Sequence record: NZ_CP011600.1
Strand: one strand, 5' to 3'
Source: a plasmid
DNA length: 64,000 bases
Shown one piece after another: positions 63,940 to 64,000 of this stretch. The stretch's first letter is position 1; each line of letters starts with the position of its first letter. Under the pieces are notes generated by a model that was given only the letters and a program-made list of their open reading frames with translations, searched no databases and had not been told where the DNA came from. A program made the position numbers and the translations under genes.

Positions 63940-64000
63940 TTTCTCACAGGCCAGAAAACATAACTGGCCTGAATATTCTCTCTGGGACCACGGTCCCACC
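63940..64000 (+). other. sopC: Start of sopC centromere (first SopB-binding repeat with TGGGACCACGGTCCCA)
   Basis: 16-bp inverted repeat at 63983-63998 characteristic of sopC 43-bp repeats. Continues beyond window. Confidence 0.7.

Overview
This 64 kb window looks like an accessory region of a large enterobacterial (Klebsiella-type) IncFIB/F-like plasmid. It is a mosaic of heavy-metal resistance modules and insertion sequences.

Backbone (right end): a RepFIB-type iteron replicon (repA with iterons on both sides and a DnaA box), a tyrosine recombinase gene, and sopA-sopB with the first sopC repeat.

Resistance modules, left to right:
- arsHRBC next to an unusual 38-bp Tn3-family IR.
- A Tn21-family transposon carrying pbrR-pbrA-pbrBC with res-tnpR; its tnpA is cut off after 19 bp by IS26.
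- A tnpA-less Tn3-family module: tnpR co-transcribed with three unknown genes, plus a cupin gene, a HepT/MNT toxin-antitoxin pair and a res-like site.
- A merRTPFADE mercury operon.
- A complete ~5 kb Tn3-family transposon: tnpA, res, a Gly/His-rich zinc-ribbon protein, tnpR and a CDF (czcD-like) exporter.
- A sil remnant, silP-silG-silA plus 5'-truncated silB, cut by an IS5-family element.

Mobile elements: six identical 1327-bp IS4321/IS5075-type (IS110-family) copies, each sitting at the same position inside a 38-bp Tn21-family terminal IR; two inverted IS26 copies 32.6 kb apart; a full IS1 with a tandem partial end; an in-frame-deleted IS1; and IS3- and Tn3-family fragments.

Other content: a GAF-GGDEF gene, an EAL gene, a HigBA-like toxin-antitoxin pair, and an intact parD beside a decayed parE.

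The least-described items are:
- A LexA-box-controlled two-gene operon encoding a 79-aa protein and a UmuD'-mimic. The mimic starts exactly at the UmuD autocleavage position, lacks the catalytic Ser/Lys, and has no UmuC partner.
- A 464-aa unknown protein translationally coupled to a RecX-like gene.
- A low-GC island encoding a ~559-aa P-loop NTPase (KAP/ABC-like motifs), split by a frameshift in an A6 run and followed by the parD/decayed-parE pair.

No rRNA, tRNA or CRISPR array was seen. All calls are from reading the sequence and recalled family signatures; no database search was run. Coordinates of features not anchored to the ORF table are approximate to a few bp.
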